Part shown: one piece after another, positions 1-13,200 of the stretch
Position numbering within the stretch: position 1 is the stretch's first letter
How the letters are laid out: each line of letters opens with the position of its first letter
DNA from: Nymphaea colorata
Lineage: Eukaryota
Direction of reading: 5' to 3'
DNA: 64,000 nucleotides
NCBI RefSeq assembly: GCF_008831285.2
Contig: NC_045138.2
Coordinates: 31,000,001 to 31,064,000, forward strand
Position numbers and translations under genes: made by a program
The notes under the pieces: generated by a model
Databases searched by the model: none
Told to the model about the DNA's origin: nothing
What the model saw: the letters and a program-made list of their open reading frames with translations, nothing else

Positions 1-113
1 GACCATGTTGGTCTGTGGTTAGAACTTCCTGAGATTTGAGCATGAGCAAATGCCCACAAAAAGACTGGCCCAAAAAATTAGCAGGTTTAGATTCAACTTG
101 TAGGCCAGATCAA

Positions 114-2741
114 TCAATCTTCACTACCTTGAGATCTAGCAATTTCTAAAGGAAAAGCGAAACGACCTTTATCATTAATAAGAAGGATATAATCAGCAAA
201 TCTCATTTCTTTGTCTAACAAATACAACGTTTGATACAGAGTTTCCGTTTCGGGGTGTGATTTGTCCCCAGCAACAAAGGCATGTGATTTACCTCCTATA
301 TGAATCCAACTGCAACCTGGATTCTTTCTCAACCCATTTATTCTCATGATATTCCTGATCTTTGTCGCGTCATGCCATCGATCAGAAGCTGCATACATGT
401 TTGACAGAACTATGTAGTTCCCTGAATTGCTTGGTTCTAATTCAAGTAGAATTTTGAACAGGGCTTCACCAATTTCAGCATCATTCTGGTCTCTACATGC
501 AGCAAGTAATGACCCAATAATCGGGCCATCAATTTCATTCAAAATAGAAGAAATATACGGAAGCGATTCATATATTTTTTTCCTGCGAGATAGAATGTCT
601 ACCACGCATCCAAAGTGCTCTATTCTAGGTTGAATATTGTGAATCGAGCTCATTTCCTTGAAGATTCTCTGACCTTCATCCAAAAACCCAGCATGACTGC
701 ATGCAGACAAGATGCTAGTGAAAGTTATGGCATCTGGTTTGATTCCTTGTAGCTGCATTTGGTTGAACAGAGAAAGAGCTTCGACAGCTTTCCCATGCAG
801 CGCGTAGCCAGATATCATTGCATTATATAAAGGCAAGTCATTAACTGAACTCACATCAAAAACTTTTCTTGCTAGATTCACGCTCCCACATTTAGCATAC
901 ATGTCCACAAGAGACGTCATAATCCAGGGAGATACTGCTAGGCCGTGTCTAGCTATATATGCATGAATTTGCTTTCCAGGCTGTAGAAGCGATAATGCTG
1001 TTGCAGCCATCAGCAATCCGACAATAACCATAGCATTTGGTTTCAGTCCAGCCGCTTGCATCTTCTCAAAGTGATCAAAGGCATCAGATCCATGTCCATT
1101 TTGAGCTAAGCCAGAGATCAGTGTAGTCCACGTAACTGAATTTGGCGCAGTACCAGTAGATTGCATCTGCATGAAGAAATCTTTCGCCTCTGTTACCTGT
1201 CCATTCCTCAGGAATCCCAAAATTACTGCATTCCATGATACGACGTTAGGCAGCAAACCAGCTAGCTGCATCTGGTAGAAGAGTTTAAGAGCTTCTCCAC
1301 TGCATCCAGATTCACTATAAGCTGCCATTAATGTATTCCATAATACAACATCTCTCTGCATGGTGCAATCAAAAGCCTTTCTAGCATCCTCGATCCGCCT
1401 GCATTTTCCATACATGTCAATAATGCTGCTCGCAACAAACACATCTAATTCAAGGTTGTTTCTGATACAGTAACCATGACCTTCAAGTCCATGACGCAAA
1501 TCACCACAATCTGCACATGCAGAGAGAATAGAAGCTAATGTAACTGAATCAGGCCGAAAGTTCTCGAGCTGCATTCTGCGGCACAAGTCAAGAGCATCTT
1601 CAATATGCCCATCTTGTATGTACCCAGAGATCAGCAAATTCCAAACAACAACATCCCTCTCGAGCATTAGATCAAAAACCAGCTCGGCGTCTACTATAGA
1701 GGAGCACTTTGCATAAAAATTTACAAGACCACTGCCCAGAATGCTATCCAATGGAAGGCCCAAGCGCACTGCAATAGCATGACCCTGTTTACCCTCACTT
1801 AATGATGCTAAATTTGCTGAAGCCGAAAGAAAACTTGCAATGGTAACTCGTGACGGCTCCACATCGCTCTCAACCCTCATCTGATAGAACAACCTCAAGG
1901 CCTCTTCATTCTCACCATTCTGGAAATAACCAACAAGCATGGAATTCCAAGCGACTGCATTTTTCTCGGGAATTTCATCAAACACTAGGCGTGCACACCC
2001 CAACTCTCCACACTTCCCGTACATATCGACCAAACTACTGGCAACAAACACACATGACCCATAACCAAGTTTCACAATGTACCCATGAATCAACCTCCCA
2101 CACTGTAGAGACTGCAAGGAAGAGCAAGCTTTCAGAGCATTCGGAATCACAAAATTGTCGGGCAAAACGCCACTATCAAGCATACCGGAGAAACTCAACA
2201 AGCATTCCTCATTCAAACCTTTTCTAACGTAGAAACCAATCATGGCAGCCCAGGAGAACACGTTCTTCGACGGCAATGAACTAAACAAGTAATCGGCCGC
2301 AACACGCACGTCACACTTTGCGTAGAAGATTACAAGCTTTGTGTGCAAGAACTCGTTCTCTGAAAACGACGCCCCGTTTTTGATAATTTGGGCGTGGATT
2401 TGCTTACCCCCAAACAAAGATCTCTGGTACACGAACCCCTGCAATATCTCCCCGTAGATATCGTGACCAGTCTGAATCCCATCTTCTTTCATTTGGTTGA
2501 AGATGGAAATGGCGTCCCCGAGACGACCATCCTCGCATAGTTTGGAAATTTGGTCCACACAGCCAGAGTAGTAGCCACTGGCGCTTAGGTTGTCGGTCTT
2601 GGTTTCTGCCGACTTGGAGACTGTGAGGGAAGAAGATGACGAGGAAGGTAAAATTGGGAATGCTGTTGCAGAAGATGATGGGTGAGGCTGCCGTTTTGTG
2701 GGGAAAATTTGGAAGGATGGGAGGATGAAGGAGGAGGCCAT
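114..2741 (-). CDS. CRR21: PLS-class pentatricopeptide repeat protein with E/E+ extension (chloroplast RNA-editing factor, CRR21-like), 875 aa, intronless
   Basis: Tandem P-L-S repeats (e.g. VFVASSLVDMYGKCG, DVVVWNLLISGY) and a C-terminal E domain with PG box (KNPGCSWI), followed by E+ and no DYW domain. The S-rich N-terminus looks like a transit peptide. IYGEILQG..KQIHAQIIKNG..TKLVIFYAKCD recalls Arabidopsis CRR21 (At5g55740). The first in-frame ATG is at 2741; the ORF-track start at 2900 is a GTG. Confidence 0.88.
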   Translation of the reverse strand: MASSFILPSFQIFPTKRQPHPSSSATAFPILPSSSSSSLTVSKSAETKTDNLSASGYYSGCVDQISKLCEDGRLGDAISIFNQMKEDGIQTGHDIYGEILQGFVYQRSLFGGKQIHAQIIKNGASFSENEFLHTKLVIFYAKCDVRVAADYLFSSLPSKNVFSWAAMIGFYVRKGLNEECLLSFSGMLDSGVLPDNFVIPNALKACSSLQSLQCGRLIHGYIVKLGYGSCVFVASSLVDMYGKCGELGCARLVFDEIPEKNAVAWNSMLVGYFQNGENEEALRLFYQMRVESDVEPSRVTIASFLSASANLASLSEGKQGHAIAVRLGLPLDSILGSGLVNFYAKCSSIVDAELVFDLMLERDVVVWNLLISGYIQDGHIEDALDLCRRMQLENFRPDSVTLASILSACADCGDLRHGLEGHGYCIRNNLELDVFVASSIIDMYGKCRRIEDARKAFDCTMQRDVVLWNTLMAAYSESGCSGEALKLFYQMQLAGLLPNVVSWNAVILGFLRNGQVTEAKDFFMQMQSTGTAPNSVTWTTLISGLAQNGHGSDAFDHFEKMQAAGLKPNAMVIVGLLMAATALSLLQPGKQIHAYIARHGLAVSPWIMTSLVDMYAKCGSVNLARKVFDVSSVNDLPLYNAMISGYALHGKAVEALSLFNQMQLQGIKPDAITFTSILSACSHAGFLDEGQRIFKEMSSIHNIQPRIEHFGCVVDILSRRKKIYESLPYISSILNEIDGPIIGSLLAACRDQNDAEIGEALFKILLELEPSNSGNYIVLSNMYAASDRWHDATKIRNIMRINGLRKNPGCSWIHIGGKSHAFVAGDKSHPETETLYQTLYLLDKEMRFADYILLINDKGRFAFPLEIARSQGSED

Positions 2742-3394
2742 GAGAGTCGATGAGGGACGGAACACGGGATGAAGGTCAGTGCTCCTCACAACAAAATGAC
2801 GGGGCCTGGAAGCACGCTTCCCAGTAGCATTGCAGCCATTGCTCGGAAGCGAACCATGGCCACCAAATGCCAGCCATACTGCAAAAGGATAAACATTCAC
2901 CTGTTTAACTCAAATTGGCAAGATTCAACACTTAGGTAATCTGATCAGATGATTACCAGATCTCCAATAGACTTCAGTTTGAATATCACACACGCTCTTC
3001 AAAATCGGATGGGAGGTCGACAGTATCTGATCCAGTTACATAATTTCTTCTGCCGTATTGTTGCTTTAATCATTTCCAAAATTCTGGCCGCTAAAGGAGA
3101 CAAAGCGTCGTATGTCACTTTTTCTTTCATTATTTTCAAAATACTAGTAAAAATTAAAAAGCAGGAAAGCAAAATAAGGATCACGAATCTACCATTCATC
3201 ATAGAAGAAATAAGAATATCAATTTACTTCCAATATTTATTTGTTTATTGAGATTATATATATAAAAAAACTATACCAACTAGAAAGCATTAGCTTTTAG
3301 AGAAATAAATTGCATTCCTACAGAGAATTGCAATCTGGTGGCCTTCCTCCTCATTGAATATCCTGTTGGTTTTTAAAGGAAGCAACAGCAAGCT

Positions 3395-3930
3395 GAGCTC
3401 GAGCTCAGTCAGCTGGACTTGATATGATTCCTACATTCCTTGGCTTGAGCTGGACAAAGTCAGCTCAAGCTTGACTTGATAGATAGAGTCCCTTGAGTTC
3501 CAGTCGGTTCCTTGCGTTATACTCGTTTTATAAGTTCTTTTACCAACTCCCTATTGAACTTGATCTCTTTCATTTAAAAATTATATATATATATATATAT
3601 ATATATTGAACTTATTCGAGTTTAATCAATGCACTAAACTCATTTATAAGCAGGGGCAAAGGGAAGGGTGGGGATTGGTTGGGGCCATAGCCTCCTGAAA
3701 AAAAAAATTATGCATATATTTTTAACTTGATGTATGTAAATTTTTTGAAGATTATTATTCGGTTTCTTATACAAATTTTGAAAATACTATTCAGGTCCCT
3801 CCTTAAAAAAAAAAATCTCGCTCTACCCTTGTTTATAAGGTCAAGTTTTTAGTTAAGCTTGAGTTCTACTCGTTTACAAATGAGTTGAGCGCAAGCTTAA
3901 CTGAGAGATTTTGAGTCGAGCTCGAATTGG
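3395..3930. mobile_element. Degenerate non-autonomous element of the GAGCTCGAG/AACTCG sub-repeat family, interrupted by a nested MITE
   Basis: Repeated gagctcgag/cttgagtt/gagtcgagctcg motifs lie on both sides of the 3651-3831 insertion. The same motif family occurs in the intact element at 46111-46484. Boundaries are approximate. Confidence 0.45.
3651..3831. mobile_element. hAT-type MITE (181 bp)
   Basis: 8-bp direct repeat TTTATAAG at 3643-3650 and 3832-3839; imperfect TIRs CAGGGGCAAAG / CTCTACCCTTG. An 8-bp TSD is diagnostic of the hAT superfamily. Confidence 0.7.
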
Positions 3931-4290
3931 TTTGACTCTTGTAAAATCCTGACAAGACAACCTTGAAAGTGATTCCAACACTGGGGTAGTTGAGATCAAC
4001 AAATTGTAATTGGAATGGAGAAAGAAATTAGCATTTGTTCCCTGGACTCTCCTCCATGCAGCTGGACTCGCCTTCCCCTTCATTTTAGATTCGGACTTGA
4101 CCAGATTGGTCACAGATTTAGCTTTTCTGAAACCAAATCCAAGTTTGATGAGGTAACCGATGATATTGACGTGCACAGGGGATCGAAATCTCGTTAACAG
4201 CACATGAACTAAAATCTAGATAGCAAGAGACGCCTTTCTCTTTACCAATGCAATGAATGGAGAAAGCTTACAGTTCCTTCTCCTTCCATA

Positions 4291-4471
4291 CAGTGGTGAA
4301 TCCACATATAGGTTGGTGTGGACAGTTGCCCACACCAGCTTTTTAATTTTTTATTTTATTTTTATATTAAGATCGTTTAATATTTATTTTGTTATACATG
4401 TAAGTACCCTTTCAAGTATGAAAACTTGTAAATCAGTGCTCCTCTTAAAAAAATTTCTGGCTCCGCCACTA
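4291..4471. mobile_element. hAT-type MITE (181 bp)
   Basis: 8-bp direct repeat CTTCCATA at 4283-4290 and 4472-4479; TIRs CAGTGGTGAATCCA / TGGCTCCGCCACTA. Related termini recur near 15197, 17768, 29405 and 31753. Confidence 0.75.
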
Positions 4472-5781
4472 CTTCCATAGCATCACAGTGTTGTGTCTAT
4501 GGGTCCAGTCGCGAGAGCTATTGCTGAAGCAGTGTTTTGATAGGAGCAGTGGAAATACCCACTACCAGTTTGAATGTTGGATCCAACAGGTGGATTCTTT
4601 AGACTCAGTTCTATAACGTGACTTGCTTTGATGTTTTGTATTTCAATCGAACAAGAAAGTTTTAGTCCATTAACTCATTCAGAAAGTTGGTTTATATATG
4701 TGTTGCGACTTTAGTCATCACTCTATATGTGTGTGTATGCATACACATGCATCCGAGCCAGAGAAATTATAACATTTTCTCGATCATTGGGAGTTTTATG
4801 CCGAAGGTGGTTTCCCGTGAGTAAACACCAAAATGGAAGGTTGATTGTTTCATTTTATATTTTCAGCCTTTGTTGCATATGGATGCTGTCTGTGAATGTT
4901 TTCCGACATTCCACACGCTCATTTGTTGGAACAAGTCTCTTTTGAAGACTAGATCTTGTCATCATGGGTCTTTGTTATTAATGCTCTAATTATTGTTTGT
5001 GCGCATAATTAACACATGAATCAATAAAATAATTAAAAAAAATTTGTTTTTTAATCTCAATGAGTATGTATGTGTAGTCAAATTTGGCTTCATATTGCCC
5101 AGGGTCTCTTTGGTGCACAAAATGATTTCAATGAACACATTTCTTCATGAATCTTTCTTAAACAAAGAGAATGTCTACTGCAGACGAGTCTTCGTGATGG
5201 AAGCTGGTACTGAACGCCTCTGTTTTGTCATGGATCTTTCATCTATTTAATATAAGTTGGGCAACGAATTCAATTTCTTTGTGCTATTTTCTAGTCAAAT
5301 ATTTAGGGCTTGAAAGAGCCGTCACAAGTATGACCACTGAATTGTGAAGGGTGAACATTTTTTTTTTTTGACAATGTTTTCTTGGTTTCAAATGATTCTT
5401 CACGAAGAACTAGAACAAAGCTGTCATTTATTTACCTGACCCAAGGAAACACTTTTCTCAGGAAACAATTTCATGGGAACAGTGTGAACAAACATTCATA
5501 CCAATGGATGCAATTACTAATGGTTTCTTCTGCTAATTATATGATTCAAAGAGCATTAATATTTTATATATTTACACTTTGAATTTAAGTTAATGCTAAA
5601 GGATTACGACTATGTTGATCCGTTTGAATCTTATGATGCAGAATGGACCATATATGTTGAGGGATGCGCCAGTTTGAATCCTATGACGCGGAACCAACCA
5701 TACTATGACTGATGAATACACAGATTAAGACTAGTAACCCACAAATTATTAATTACTGAAAACCAGCCAGCGCGTCTGTAA

Positions 5782-6015
5782 GGCTCCGTTTGATAAACAT
5801 AGATTTTGCTGTGCATCGAGAGAAACTTGCCGTTTTTGTATGACTTTTCGCTTTCAAATCAAACACAAGAAAAATTACCCTGCTGAAATAGAAAGGTCAG
5901 CTAATTTTACCTTGCAAAAAAGACAAAAGTCGAACCCTGTGAGGTCCCACTTTTTACCATGAATTTTTTCCATGATAAATTTATCATTCCTTTTTATCTG
6001 CCATTAAACGAGGCC
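5782..6015. mobile_element. Tourist-like (PIF/Harbinger) MITE
   Basis: TIRs GGCTCCGTTTGAT / ATTAAACGAGGCC, flanked by TAA at 5779-5781 and 6016-6018. Confidence 0.65.
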
Positions 6016-6547
6016 TAAGGAACCTCAGTGTGTTGAGTGGGAGGGGAAGATATACCTCAAATAAGCCGAAGCCAAAGTCTCCCCCTTTCTCCCTCCGCTC
6101 CAAATATACCAGTGCACCCGTGGTTTCCAATTCAATCGTCATTGTTGCCAAAAAGTTGAACTTTGGAAGGCGGCACCCAATTGGTCAAGTCCCCTCCTTC
6201 GACGGAAAAGAAAAAGGGAATATGGTTGCGCGGACTTTCTTGAATAGTAGAAGTGGTATCGTTCAAGAACGGATTATCTCAGATCAAAGAGCGTTCACTA
6301 GATCCTCAGAAACAATTAGAAAAATTGTTGACCGTTTAAAAGGAATGATGGGCTTGAGTCTTTAGCTGGAACAAGAGAGACTGTTGATAGGAAAACACTT
6401 GCGTTGCTAACCATCGAGTCTTTTATTTTTGAACGTTCAAATGCTAAATTATGTAAGACTTTGGACTTTGTAACTCACCCCCACGATTTCTGATCTATTT
6501 GTTTTACTTTCCAAGGTAATCTCTCTTGCACGTCCTCCTGACGCGTT

Positions 6548-6551
<4 letters not shown>

Positions 6552-6602
<51 letters not shown>
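6552..6602. repeat. (TA)n microsatellite
   Basis: Uninterrupted TA run. The equivalent site in the duplicate (~18865) is a CT-rich tract instead. Confidence 0.95.
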
Positions 6603-6614
<12 letters not shown>

Positions 6615-7265
6615 GTATCTGGTTCTGCAACACTGTAAGGTGGGTGAGTTCCTCTTGTATGACGAGCTCTAGAACCATAAAAGTACTCCCACACATTAAT
6701 GCTACTTGCCATCAAATTACCCAAACGTTAATGTGTAAGCTACGCATTTGCTACCAAAGAAAAATACAAGTTTGTTGAGGTGGAAATCACAGGAGTACGT
6801 CGCATGGATTTGATTAAGCAGATACATATTCCGCACGCCTTGCTTGTTGAAGGATAGTCGTTACATCATTTTTTATGCTTCCAAATTTCAGATTATCAAA
6901 GTTTGTGCACTAATAGCGGTGCTGCTGTTGTTTGTTCAAGTATCTTAGGGAACCAGTTTATCTCTTAAGCGTCTGTCAAATAAGCCAGCTTGACCACAGT
7001 TGTACGGTATACAATGAAAAAATATGAAAAAATAAACACTTCTGCCATTTCTTTGTACATTTATTACAACTCAATATTTTGACATAATCAAATGTGCTTT
7101 TATTCTTTTACATATATGAGGAAATGAATTCCCTAGGCTGCATAACTTTTCCTGTCAACGCTAGCAATGTGGATGGAAGGCTATTCCTACAAAATACACC
7201 CTCATTTAAGTGCCTTTATCAACTGCCTAAGCAATTTATTTTCAATTACCTGCATCCAAGAGATA

Positions 7266-10200
7266 CTATCTTCTCTCAAAGTTGAAGGCCTTAATTGCAA
7301 ATGCAAAAACAAAAGCAAAAAGAACCGCAAATCCTACAACCATTATGGAAACCACATCCAAGAAGTCATGATGGAATCCAAAATAGGATCGTATAAATTC
7401 CTCCACTGTCGTAGTTGCTGCTGCAGAGCTGGTCACTTCAAGATTTGACTTTAAATCACCAAATTGTGAAGTAACTAAACCATTCAACGTCCAGGCAACA
7501 GGGCATGCCCAGTAGTACCATCTCCACCACACTGGCATACTCTGAAAAGGATAGAGGCATGTAAATCATTGGTGCCATTCTCAAAATCTCCAACAATAAA
7601 TAACAGCGTAGATGATCACATACCGGACGTGGAATCACAAATCCAGAGAAGACATTCCAAATTGCATAAAATGCAGAAGAGATAATGGAGGCAATGTGAT
7701 GATTTGGAGTAACCGCAACTGCCATCATCCCATAAAATGTGAAGTACAGGAAGGTGAAGTACATGAAGAATATATACCAGAAGAACTTGGCAGCAGTCCA
7801 CTCGAAGCCTATCATAGCATATACTATAACTCCATAGACCAGCGCCTGAATCAAAACGTATGGCAGTTCAATAGCAACCTGTGCACATGTAAACATCCTG
7901 ATTAGCTCTCAGAAATTCAGGTCTTTAGACTAGTTACCACTCAGTTACGAAAAAACAGCAACTTTCGTTAATTGTTTGTATGTAGAAGCTATGTGTATTA
8001 ATAAGCATCTTCACCAGTGCGTAGCACACCTGTCCAAATGCATATGGCAATGCAGAATACATTCCAGCAGCCCTTTCCCTATAGAAGACGGTTCTTTCAA
8101 TGGCTACAACTGGCTGAACAGATGATGCATTGTTTACACCAATAAACAGAACAGCGGCATACATGGAGCCCATTGCGTTGAGCAAATCCTGTTGCTTACT
8201 CCTGTGAAAGATACTAAAAATGAGAATTCATATCCCCAGAATTTCTCTCACCCTCTGTCCTTATATATATGTATGTGTGTGTGTATATTAAAACAATTTG
8301 ATACCTTTTCATGCCAAGATTCCAGAAAATGGCCCCAAACATCAAGGCTGTGAAGGTTGTGAAGAAGAAACGTGTAGCTGTATATGGAGGGTTGCGCCAG
8401 TAAGACCAGTGTTGTTTCCACAGACATGCCATGCACTGAGTGATGAAGGACTGAGAGTGCTTTGTTGGAAAGTAAAGATCATTAGAGCCAGGTGGAGGTG
8501 AACTGAGCTCTTGTATCAAAACCCTATTTCTCCTGCAGCCATCAGCACATATAAATTATAAATTCATGAAAACCTTGGGCATTGCTAAATATGATCCGAC
8601 TTGTCTCTTCAACATGTTTCTTCATTACAGCAAACTAATCCTGTCATATAGAAATATTAAGAAGAAAACTGGTTAAAATATACTCACTGATACAGATCGG
8701 AGTTTTTGTAGATCTCAGCAAAGTCTACACCAAGAATGTCCTCTTGTGCCTCAGAGGTCACTTCTAGCATCCACGTTGCTGGATTGTACCTTTCTTTTAT
8801 CCTGCTTACTCCTTCGATGCCCTACAGTGTATCACCACATTACTTAACCTTGACACGAGCGCCAAACTAAACTTGCATGTGGAAAATAGCTTTCCTTACC
8901 TCAAAATAGGAAATTAAGTGACAAGAATTCTGGCCCAATGGTCCAGCGTAGATCTCCTGACCACCTCGCTTCATAAGGAAGAGCTGAAATGAAGAGAATA
9001 TGTTATCCCACAAAGAAGCAAGTAAAATCCACGTAGTTCCAATAGGAAAGTAAAATATACCTAGTTACATCATGTGATTAAAAAGGAGAATCTCTAAGCC
9101 TAATGCTTTAGCATTATTATAAGTTTCAATAGGTATGCATTATGGTTTTACAAAGTCATTTACCAACATCTCACCTCATCAAATGCTTCAAATATGTCAA
9201 TACTGGGTTGATGAATTGTGCAAACAACTGTCCTCCCTGTGTCCACTGTATTTCTGACGGTTCGCATGACAATTGCTGCAGCTCTGGCATCGAGGCCAGA
9301 GGTTGGTTCATCCATGAATATTATGGAGGGATTAGCAACTAGCTCAACTGCAATTGTCAATCGTTTACGTTGCTCAGTTGAGAGTCCATTGACACCTGGC
9401 AACCCCACAAGGGATTCCCTTAATGACGTCAACTCCACAAGTTCCATGACCTCCTCGACAAATAGCTGCATATATTGATCCTTGCAATAAGAAAGCCTAC
9501 CCTACGGATAGGTGTTAAGGAAGTGAAGACCATTCATTATAAATGTGATTCAGCACTAACCTTTCTCGTAGCAGAACTGACTTCAGGAGGTAAACGAAGC
9601 CAAGCAGAGTAGACAAGTGACTCATATACAGTGACATGGGGAGAATGGATGTCATTTTGTTCACAGTAACCCGAAACACGTGCGAAGGTTTCCTGTTTCT
9701 TTGGATAACCTGATATTTTGATACTTCCGGTGATATATCCACCAGTCTTTCTTCCTGCTAACACATCCATTAAAGTAGTTTTGCCAGCTCCGCTTACACC
9801 CATCAAGGCTGTTAATACTCCAGGCCTGAAAGTCCCACTTATACCCTTCAGCAGCTCTAATTTGTCCTCAGCAACACCTCGAGCTTTCATTTCCTAGACA
9901 ACTCAGATCTTGTTTAGAAAGCGGACATCTGATGATATAAAGAGGGGTTTTTTTTTTTTTTTTTTTTGCGGGGGGGGGGGGGTCGGAGGATAGAGAGAGA
10001 GAAAGGGAAAATAATATTTTATGTTTACCTGTGGCATGTCCACTGAATATCTGATGTCATCAAAGGTTATGCATAGGGGTGTAAATGGAAGGACCATTCC
10101 TTTCTTTTCGTTATGGACAGGTTCAGCAACTGATTCTGATCGAGCTGGAAGACAGGCACAACAAATTTATATGTATTGATAGGGTGGTTCAGATGATACA

Positions 10201-13200
10201 GTTAAGAATCAGCATCTGGGGTTTGTCTGAGTAAGATTACCTTCTGTAGTCCTTCTTCCTCTTGAGGATAATTCTGATTTTACATTTTCTCCAGTCACAT
10301 TAGCATGCTTCTCCTTCAATGCTTCTTCAGATATAACGGCCTGTGATTTTCCAAAAGCTGCAAGTGCATAGCCACCATTTCAGAGTAACATTAAGATCAC
10401 ATACACCAAGATGTATAGATTATAAAACTTACGTTCAAGATAAGCAAGAGCAGCACTAAAGAGGCCATTGAAGAGCAAAGTGTATCCGAACAGTGCACCA
10501 ACTCCAATCCAGTACCAATACCCTCGACTAAACATTCCACGTGCTTTCAGGACTGCTTCACCCAATGACATAGTTGAATTTGGTAGGACCTAAAAAAATA
10601 AATCAATGATCAGCAATAATTTTGAGTTCTGCATAAAATCTTTCTAATTAGGTCAAAACTTACTTGGTGCCAACTGTTCCCAAGGAATTCATTCACAGAA
10701 ACGGCAGTCTGTCCATACATAAGTGGTGAAATCCAGTAGCCCCAGATCCACCATTTCTTAATGTTATCTGTTGCAGTGGAAGAAGATACAGTCACCAACT
10801 AGGTCTAATACTAATTCTCATTCATCAAGAAAAGAAACATTTATATTCCATAGTTTGAGGAAAGAAAGAAACACAATCAGGTAAGCTTACCCCGTGACAG
10901 TATGAATCCACCAAGAACAATTATCACAAGCAATGCGAACGAACCAAATGTGTTTGCAACAATCAGGTCCCGGCCCAAGGAAGCAATTAAACGGAAAAGC
11001 CCAGATGACATTTGGTTGATTGCTAGAAGCAGAAGCAACTGCCTGAACATTCTGTAAGTACAACATAGAATGGTGCTTTGTATTAGTCCGATTCCACATT
11101 TCAGTTGCACAAGATTTCCACTTAAAAAAGCAACTTATTTGGCTACTTCCATTTTGTCTATACAGGTTGTCTTGTATATATGAAGAAAACTTGTAATAGA
11201 TCATGATACGGCCATAATGAAAGAAAAGCTTCACATAGTAACTAATAACTCACCTTCCAGCACTTGGATCAAAACCCACCACATAGTAAGTTAAAAACAC
11301 CCATATACAGGCCTCAGCAACTGATATTGGAATTTTAGTAATCCATGCAGGAATTGCATATGTCCACGCTGGATAAAAAAACAAGTCTCTTTGCTTGTAA
11401 AAAACAGGCAGTTTTGCAATTGTCATGGAGAGCTCAGCAAAGCCATTAAACATGATTGTAATCAGCCCAAAAAATAGTGCACCCAGATAAATTCCTCCGT
11501 CATTGATTGTGTTCCGGTGCATCTCAGTACGCAGGAAGAGAGTCATCGTAATAAAAGCAATGACAATAAGCTGCAAAAGAAAAAAAAAACAGAAAAAAGG
11601 CAAAATAAATATGACATAAAACTCCTACAATAATCTCAAGATTTCCTAAAGAACAGCGTAGAGACAGATTCAATACTCACTTGCGTCATTTTAAAAACGT
11701 AGACAAAAGAGTTCCTTTTCATCAGCAGTAATTCCCTTGAAAAGCATGCTTTTAATAGCTCCAACTTGCTCACACCGTATTTGGAATTTGTTAATGCAGC
11801 AGGATGGCTTTTACTCTTGTCAAATGGTGTAGAAAGTTCTGCGTCTAATTTTTGTCCAATGTGAAATGAATGAAATGCTTCTGAAAATTCCTTCACTGGT
11901 ACAAATCTGTAGGTTTCTTCTTCATGCATCCAGTATTGCCTCTGATCATTTCGGGATGTCACCTGGTGAATGTAAAGTAGATTGAACCATCAGAAACATA
12001 TCAAACATGCGAAGATACAAACACACTGAAGCTGAAATTGATCCCACATGCTGCACATTTTTGAATTATAAAAACTGAATAGACTAAGAGCTTACTTCTT
12101 GTAGAAAATCTGCAACACCTTTTCTCTCAGGACACCTGAAGCCCATAGATTCAAAGAACTCAAGTACATGCTCACGAGGACCATGGTATACAATATGCCC
12201 ATCAGAGAGAAGAATGATGTCATCAAAAAGATCATAGGTTTCTGGTGCTGGTTGCAGCAAAGAAATGGCAACTGTGGCTCCAATAATATGCACAAATTGT
12301 CTGATAGAGTCCACAATTTGGTAAGTGGTGGAGCTATCTAAACCAGTTGATATCTCGTCCATAAAGAGAGCTCTAGCTGGTCCAACCAGCATTTCTCCTG
12401 GAAAAATAATCAATATGAGTTAACATAAATGCCTGAACTGTATTGCATAGACCAAGGCTGAGTACTTGATCAGTATGCTGAAATGTATTTTAAACTAGCT
12501 CTATTTTCTCCACCTGTTGTGACCCGTTTCTTTTGTCCCCCTGAAATTCCTCTGAACATTTCATTTCCAACCATGGTGTCAGCACATATGTCTAGACCTA
12601 GAATCTGACATTGCAAACAGTGTAAGACATTTGAGAAAGATAGTTTGTCTTTCCGATGAAGGAAAACAGAAACAACTGTTTGTGTTGCTCACCTTTAATA
12701 TATAGTCTGTTACTGCACTAGCCTTTTGACCTTCCAGGGACATTGCCTACAAGAGGTTAAACTGGAAATTCTTAATGTTGAAACCTCAGTAGAAATCAAA
12801 CCTTCCTTACTGTCTCCATTTAAGCACTCAAAGTTTCATGTTTTCTTACTACTGAAATAAAAATGAGACATATACTGATACTTCGGTGATGCCAGGTGAA
12901 CCCCATGAAATGAACATGGAAAGAGAAGGGAGGAAAAAAGAGAAAATATTGCATATCATTGTCAAATTTGCAAGAAAAGAAAATAGGGGAAGGTAATCAA
13001 AGTCGTCTCCAAAGACACCATACATTTAAATAGAGGTGGTGAGTATGTATATATGCTACCTTCATGAAGACATCAAGATCAGGATCTGGCTTAATGTTGG
13101 CAGCTTTTTCCCTTCTAGACAACTCTTCCAGCAAATCTGCCTCAACAAGTAAAACGTAAAAGGTCATAAAAATATATGTGGATGTTGTATATTACTACAT

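Noticed and set aside
2742..2900. 53-codon N-terminal extension of the PPR ORF
   Set aside because: It starts at GTG, which is not a normal nuclear start codon. The ATG at 2741 gives a transit-peptide-like N-terminus matching the family.
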